Shown: positions 15,559 to 20,000 of the stretch, one piece after another
Layout: each line of letters opens with the position of its first letter
How positions within the stretch are numbered: the stretch's first letter is position 1
Program-made: the position numbers and the translations under genes
From: an uncultured virus (IMG/VR IMGVR_UViG_3300030104_006589)
Taxonomy: Duplodnaviria; Heunggongvirae; Uroviricota; Caudoviricetes
DNA length: 20,000 nucleotides
Virus record (IMG/VR): IMGVR_UViG_3300030104_006589
Location: 107,010-127,009 of that record
Strand: one strand, 5' to 3'
Notes under the pieces: model-generated
What the model saw: only the letters and a program-made list of their open reading frames with translations
Databases searched by the model: none
What the model was told of the DNA's origin: nothing

Positions 15559-15735
15559 ATGGAAGAACGACCCTACAAAGTATACCTGAGAGAGATCCAC
15601 TGGCAGGAAGCTGTCGTGGATGCCGTGAGCCGAGCCGATGCCATTCAGAAAGTATTGGATGGTGACGGTCAATACGGGAACGGCACTAGATACGAAGAAA
15701 CCTGCGAGGACGGGCATAGAGTTGAAGAGATATGA
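15559..15735 (+). CDS. Hypothetical protein (58 aa)
   Basis: Own translation MEERPYKVYLREIHWQEAVVDAVSRADAIQKVLDG...; ATGA overlap with next gene. Confidence 0.65.
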   Translation: MEERPYKVYLREIHWQEAVVDAVSRADAIQKVLDGDGQYGNGTRYEETCEDGHRVEEI

Positions 15736-15947
15736 ATATAATCAGACACATAAGCCCCGATAATAGATTTTTATATAATATAAAATACAATGATGACTAC
15801 ACTCTTGATACTATCGGCATACATCTTCTTTTACCCGAAGGCGTATGGAGTCCTGCGGTTTCTCCAGAAATGTTCCCGTCATCACAATTGGAATCTATCA
15901 AAGAAATGTGTTGCGAGCTAATCCGTCGAGTTATATCCTCTGAGTAG
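15732..15947 (+). CDS. Hypothetical protein (71 aa)
   Basis: Coupled ORF. Confidence 0.6.
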   Translation: MNIIRHISPDNRFLYNIKYNDDYTLDTIGIHLLLPEGVWSPAVSPEMFPSSQLESIKEMCCELIRRVISSE

Positions 15948-16017
15948 GATATAAAAAAATGCAGGAAATTTGGATAATATTTTTAGTTTTAGTAACCTTA
16001 ACAATTTTTTCATTAGG

Positions 16018-16236
16018 ATGGCTATAAAAGGAAGACCAGCAGGAACAGGAGGCATCTATAAAAAAAGAGAAACCCACAATAAGCAAGTTTCACATAGCGA
16101 CCGACAAACGCAATACATAACCCACCTTTCTAAAAGCGTTGGTGAGGCTTGCGACAGGTGGCTAGATAAGAAGGGACTGAAGGGTAAAAGCTGGAAAAAG
16201 CAGAACGACGAAATGTTTAAGAAGAAAGTTTCATAG
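16018..16236 (+). CDS. Basic hypothetical protein (72 aa)
   Basis: MAIKGRPAGTGGIYKKR...; K-rich. Confidence 0.65.
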   Translation: MAIKGRPAGTGGIYKKRETHNKQVSHSDRQTQYITHLSKSVGEACDRWLDKKGLKGKSWKKQNDEMFKKKVS

Positions 16237-16356
16237 TGAGGAGTATGACTCTGGTTAGGAATAGAGTGTAAAGAGAACTTACAACGGGGTGTATAGGGTT
16301 TCTGACGATTGCCCTTTGGTCGCCCTCATTGAACACCTAGCCAGAGTCCCACTAAA

Positions 16357-16512
16357 ATGAAAAAGAAGAAAACAAAACTGCCGACTAACTCCCTAGAGGG
16401 ACGGAATATGGTGCGTCACCAGATGCCACCACCGACCACTAGTCACACGGATAAAAAGAAGCAGTTAAATAAGAAAGGTTGTCGTAAGTCGTTGGGCCTC
16501 AACGACTTATAG
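16357..16512 (+). CDS. Basic small protein (51 aa) ending in element 10
   Basis: Own translation MKKKKTKLPTNSLEGRNMVRHQMPPPTTSHTDKKKQLNKKGCRKSLGLNDL. Confidence 0.55.
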   Translation: MKKKKTKLPTNSLEGRNMVRHQMPPPTTSHTDKKKQLNKKGCRKSLGLNDL

Positions 16513-16561
16513 CTTCGCGGCGGCTTTCGAGTCGTAAGTCCCTAAGTATCAATGAGTTACA
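16483..16561. repeat. Double-palindrome element copy 10
   Basis: Palindromes 16483-16511 and 16533-16561, 21 bp spacer. Confidence 0.9.
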
Positions 16562-16578
16562 GATGATGATTTAAGGAT

Positions 16579-16604
16579 AAAAAAAACCGCACTTTCGTGC
16601 GGTT
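16579..16604 (-). terminator. Rho-independent terminator (minus strand)
   Basis: Minus strand AACCGCAC-GAAA-GTGCGGTT followed by T-run, downstream of the SprT-like gene. Confidence 0.85.
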
Positions 16605-16638
16605 AGGTTATTTGATTATTAAGGCTTTAACCTACAAC

Positions 16639-17163
16639 CTAAGCTTGGATTTTATATGGACTGCTATCAGTGTTATTAACTTGAGTTGCTACAACCTTGA
16701 GCTTACCGAATGTATGTGCCTTCTTACCTCTGATCCACCTAGTAGACCAATCTTTAATCTTCGGCTTGCGGTGGTATGTGCTATATACTTCACCTGTATC
16801 TTTATGCACTACTTTATATTTGCCTTCTATTGTATTAACATTGCCACCTCTATCCTTGGGCTTGTAGCACCGCTCAGGTCGTGCGCCCACCTTGACGCAC
16901 ATCCGCTTCCACACAGCATCGTGTCCATGCCCCCGCCCCGTAAGGGCGTGGGCAATCTCATGGAGAACAACGTCTTTACTTTCTTCGATTGTATTAATCA
17001 GAGCAAGCTTCTTTGTAACACCAATTTCTCTTTTATGGTATCTGCACTGACCATATCTACGGACAGCTTTATTGTCCCAAACAAACTTCCAATTTTCTTC
17101 TATTAGCCCCCACTTCTCCATTTGCTCCATAGCAAACTGATGTATTTCTATTAGTTTATTCAT
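16639..17163 (-). CDS. SprT-like zinc metalloprotease domain protein
   Basis: RRYGQC, VVLHEIAHAL (HExxH), HGHDAVWK. Confidence 0.9.
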   Translation of the reverse strand: MNKLIEIHQFAMEQMEKWGLIEENWKFVWDNKAVRRYGQCRYHKREIGVTKKLALINTIEESKDVVLHEIAHALTGRGHGHDAVWKRMCVKVGARPERCYKPKDRGGNVNTIEGKYKVVHKDTGEVYSTYHRKPKIKDWSTRWIRGKKAHTFGKLKVVATQVNNTDSSPYKIQA

Positions 17164-17234
17164 AGTGCGCCTAGTATACTACAGATTATAGTTGTTGCTA
17201 TTAAAAATAAAATCCACCACTGAAAGAACGTCAT

Positions 17235-17525
17235 TTACTGTTCGATTAAATGCTCAACGTGGTTCATGAAATATCTCTCCATATCTGCTAGTGCTTGCAG
17301 GTGCTTCTGCCTCTCCTCTAGTGCAAGACTGTAGGAGGAAAGGGTATAAGGCATGGCATCAATGTCCTGCACATAATAATCTCTGCTGTGAAATTGGCAA
17401 GATTGAATTGCCTCTTTCACCTCATTGATTTTGCCAAGGATTCTGGTGTTGCCCTCTAATAGCATCTTTTTACCTGTGCCATTAAGGTGAACTGTGGGGA
17501 GTGGGTAGTTTACTTCTTCAGTCAT
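17235..17525 (-). CDS. Hypothetical phage protein (96 aa)
   Basis: PTVHLNGT...HSRDYYVQ motif; leaderless promoter upstream. Confidence 0.8.
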   Translation of the reverse strand: MTEEVNYPLPTVHLNGTGKKMLLEGNTRILGKINEVKEAIQSCQFHSRDYYVQDIDAMPYTLSSYSLALEERQKHLQALADMERYFMNHVEHLIEQ

Positions 17526-17531
17526 GCGAGT

Positions 17532-17559
17532 AATATACCACCACCTTCGGTGGTGTCAA
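17532..17559 (-). promoter_or_regulatory. sigma70 promoter (leaderless) with palindromic spacer
   Basis: Minus strand TTGACA-CCACCGAAGGTGGTGG-TATATT, ATG 6 nt downstream. Confidence 0.8.
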
Positions 17560-17753
17560 CAATTAAAATGAATTAAAATGCCAGCAAATCAAATAAAATA
17601 TAAAATGAAATTACAAAAAACAACAAATATAAAAATGCTTCTATCCTGCTCATGCTTATTAAGGTTTTTCGCCGTAAACTGGGCTTTTTTTTATGTCGAT
17701 TAAATGTTGAATTATCGACACGATTTATTTATATGTATACTATATACACATAT

Positions 17754-17870
17754 ATTATTAAGCAAAATATCCGACAACCTACATTATTAAGCCAAATCAA
17801 AATAAACCTGCATTATTAGGGCAAAAATTAGACAACCTAGAATCAACTAAAATCAACCAAAATCAACTAA
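17754..17870. repeat. 3 x 29 bp plus 3 x 10 bp tandem repeats
   Basis: ATTATTAAGCAAAATATCCGACAACCTAC-like units at 17754, 17783, 17812; AATCAACYAA at 17841, 17851, 17861. Confidence 0.8.
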
Positions 17871-18146
17871 AATTAAGTTTTATTTAGTGCAATTGCCTAG
17901 AGTCATGGGGAATTCCCTCGGGGAGAGAAGGTTCTTATTTGTATTTTTACAGAGAGGGGTATAGGCACACACCATTTCTTTTATTACTGTAATTACTATG
18001 AAACCCTTTATTTTATAGTATTCTCTTTTGTATTTACCCCTATGTATTTCTTATAGCCCTCTATTGTATTCTATTCTTTTTAATTCTATTTTAATATTAT
18101 TTAATAGTTTATATTAATTTAAATGTATTCTATTATAAATTATATA

Positions 18147-18323
18147 TTAATCGTCTAGTAAAGGAGGTAGTGGAGGAGCTTCTTTAGCTATATCTAAAGG
18201 CATATTATCTGGGTATTTTACCTTCCCTTTAAACGGCTTCTTTACTTCTTTTTGTAGCCCCTCTAACTCACTATAAACAGACCTTCTATTATTCTGCTTC
18301 TTCCTGCAATCTGATTCTTTCAT
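18147..18323 (-). CDS. Hypothetical protein (58 aa)
   Basis: MKESDCRKKQ...; overlaps the end of the HNH gene. Confidence 0.5.
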   Translation of the reverse strand: MKESDCRKKQNNRRSVYSELEGLQKEVKKPFKGKVKYPDNMPLDIAKEAPPLPPLLDD

Positions 18324-18831
18324 TACATTCTTTCCTTGCAAACTCTCCAAAATATTTTATCTCTCCTTCACTGCGAGCTTGTATAGCGTCTTCTTTATTA
18401 ATAAAGCTTCCTAAATGCTTACTTTCCCCGTTGACCTTAATCCTTGCTAGCCATCTTTTCTCTCTTTTATTCCAATGAACTCCTTTAAAGCCACTGGTAT
18501 TGTTTTTATTTAAACTTGCATTTATGATGTTCTGCGAGGGAGTAGCTAATCTAAGGTTTTTAATTCTATTATCTAATCTATTACGATTTATATGGTCTAC
18601 TTGCTTTTGTAAGGGGTCTACACCATGATATATGTAATAAGCAAGTCTACTGCATAGATAGAACTTTTTCTTGTATCTTGTTTGCAGATAACCCACACCG
18701 TTATCTCGTCCCACTGTTTTACCTTCAAGGTTACGAAACGGTGTTTTCTTCCAAATAAGTATCCCTGTATTTGGATTATAATCTATATTTTCTCTTAGTT
18801 CTTCTAGTGGTGGTAATGGTTTATATCTCAT
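18289..18831 (-). CDS. HNH endonuclease with C-terminal AP2 DNA-binding domain
   Basis: VDHINRNRLDNRIKNLRLAT (HNH) and NTSGFKGVHW...WLARI...HLGSF (AP2). Confidence 0.92.
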   Translation of the reverse strand: MRYKPLPPLEELRENIDYNPNTGILIWKKTPFRNLEGKTVGRDNGVGYLQTRYKKKFYLCSRLAYYIYHGVDPLQKQVDHINRNRLDNRIKNLRLATPSQNIINASLNKNNTSGFKGVHWNKREKRWLARIKVNGESKHLGSFINKEDAIQARSEGEIKYFGEFARKECNERIRLQEEAE

Positions 18832-18842
18832 ATTAAATTATT

Positions 18843-18918
18843 TGGTAGCGGGAGTGGGACTTGAACCCACACTTTAGCGATTTTAAGTCGCTTGCCTCTG
18901 CCATTGGGCTATCCCGCC
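18843..18918 (-). tRNA. tRNA-Leu(TAA) with short variable loop
   Basis: Minus strand GGCGGGA TAGCCCAATGGCAGAGGC A AGCGA-CTTAAAA-TCGCT AAAGT GTGGG-TTCAAGT-CCCAC TCCCGCT ACCA. Confidence 0.93.
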
Positions 18919-18924
18919 AGTCTG

Positions 18925-19005
18925 CTACCATCGGGCGGCAGAAAAAAACATTAGAATTAATATTATTAACACCAACCAAATTGCAAATCCGATAAACCAA
19001 AGCAT
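18925..19005 (-). CDS. Putative 26-aa single-TM peptide
   Basis: MLWFIGFAIWLVLIILILMFFSAARW; TAATG overlap with upstream stop. Confidence 0.45.
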   Translation of the reverse strand: MLWFIGFAIWLVLIILILMFFSAARW

Positions 19006-19343
19006 TATTTAATTAACCTCTTTGCTAAGTGAGTAGATGATATATTATATTGCTTTGAATCAGCATAGCTCTTCGCCACAGAATAGAATGTATAGGTGTC
19101 TTGGGGGTCAGCAGGACGACCGTAGCTATTCTCCTCCTCCAGAATCTCAAGCATCTTGGCTAACTGATACTTGGTCAGTGTCACAGTAACAGGAATTTCT
19201 TCTTTTTTTTGTGGCTTGCCACTTGCAGGATCATCATTAATACCAACGACAATACTTTCTATTTCTACCTCATGAGTTTTTAATGCTTGCCCTAAAGCAA
19301 AGCTCATACCTGCTGTTAATCCAATTAAGATATATTTTTTCAT
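19005..19343 (-). CDS. Hypothetical protein with N-terminal signal/TM segment
   Basis: MKKYILIGLTAGMSFALG; coupled to neighbours. Confidence 0.75.
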   Translation of the reverse strand: MKKYILIGLTAGMSFALGQALKTHEVEIESIVVGINDDPASGKPQKKEEIPVTVTLTKYQLAKMLEILEEENSYGRPADPQDTYTFYSVAKSYADSKQYNISSTHLAKRLIK

Positions 19344-19858
19344 TAGTCTACTAGTAGTTCAAATAACTCAACATCAGAGAGTTTATCTGGATTCTCAGAT
19401 GCTTCAATAAGTAATTGCTCTTTTGATGCCAACTCATTTCTAAAATCATTTATTGTAGCTGAATCGGCAACTAATTCTTTTGTTTTTACATCATATACAT
19501 ACAGGTCATCATGAAACCTAGAATACTCTAAAATATAATCTATTGCTTCCTCAACGGTATTTGTCTGCTCAAGCATTTCATCATCATGACTATTCTGTAT
19601 TCTGATCTCATACTTGAATGTCACCATAGCCAAATCTACATCTGGTGTTTCCACAGGTATCGGAATTGCCTCCCGTGACGGATTTAGCTCTTCATGTAAC
19701 CTTATAGGTATGGTTTCTATTGGTGTTCTTACTGGTTCTGTTGTAATACTCTCTGAGTTCTTATCAATAAAGTGAACAACAACCATCATCAAACAGTAAA
19801 TTATTAAACCGAAGGCTATGCCTACTCCCAAGGCTTGGACGAAATCTTTTTTATTCAT
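19343..19858 (-). CDS. Membrane-anchored hypothetical protein
   Basis: N-terminal TM helix followed by acidic domain. Confidence 0.75.
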   Translation of the reverse strand: MNKKDFVQALGVGIAFGLIIYCLMMVVVHFIDKNSESITTEPVRTPIETIPIRLHEELNPSREAIPIPVETPDVDLAMVTFKYEIRIQNSHDDEMLEQTNTVEEAIDYILEYSRFHDDLYVYDVKTKELVADSATINDFRNELASKEQLLIEASENPDKLSDVELFELLVD

Positions 19859-19859
19859 T

Positions 19860-20000
19860 TTAATTACTTTTTAATTGGTCAATTTCCTCTTGTCGAGAAT
19901 CTGGTTGATTGAAATGTAATGTGTTGCACTTAACACAATACTTCTTTTTTGCTTTTTCGTGAATGTAATCTTCCTCACACTCACAGTCCCAGTAGTTTTC
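19860..20000 (-). CDS. Cys-rich hypothetical protein, partial (3' end)
   Basis: ...YWDCECEEDYIH...CVKC...QPDSR, open to window edge. Confidence 0.7.
   Translation of the reverse strand, partial: ENYWDCECEEDYIHEKAKKKYCVKCNTLHFNQPDSRQEEIDQLKSN

Noticed and set aside
6973..16561. Palindromic 29-bp repeats as a CRISPR array
   Set aside because: The repeats occur only in pairs, the 21-22 bp spacers are homologous to each other, pairs are separated by whole genes, and no cas genes are present.
6973..16561. Elements as classical integron attC sites or intrinsic terminators
   Set aside because: The AAC/GTT ends are not invariant (often AAG/CTT) and no IntI is in the window. The elements have no U-tracts, occur in both orientations, and copy 8 follows a separate true terminator.
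17573..17653. 26-aa hydrophobic minus-strand ORF MSRIEAFLYLLFFVISFYILFDLLAF
   Set aside because: Could be a real TM peptide, but T-rich DNA yields such ORFs by chance and there is no supporting signal.
1..20000. Stop-codon reassignment (alternative genetic code)
   Set aside because: Known genes are intact under the standard code, and TAA, TAG and TGA all terminate genes at sensible positions.

Overview
Segment of a large dsDNA bacteriophage genome, inferred from phoH, a sigma-70-like factor, two HNH endonucleases, DUF932, GP88-like and SprT-like genes, two tRNAs and many small ORFans. It has three parts. (1) 1-5496: AT-rich minus-strand gene block with a GTGTAA upstream motif. (2) About 5750-16560: a more GC-rich plus-strand early/accessory region. 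About 20 small genes here each have their own sigma70 promoter with the ATG only 5-7 nt after the -10 box (leaderless). The region is cut into modules by ten copies of a 79-80 bp element made of two 29-bp palindromes (CGTAASTCGTTG-N5-CAACGASTTACG) around a 21-22 bp GC-rich spacer that occurs in both orientations. Paralogous genes recur in different modules, which suggests a cassette-shuffling or DNA-binding-site system; no recombinase is encoded in the window. A multi-pseudoknot structured RNA candidate precedes the tRNA-CAT. (3) 16580-20000: minus-strand genes, a repeat-containing AT-rich origin-like gap and tRNA-Leu(TAA). All protein family calls come from motif recognition, not database searches.
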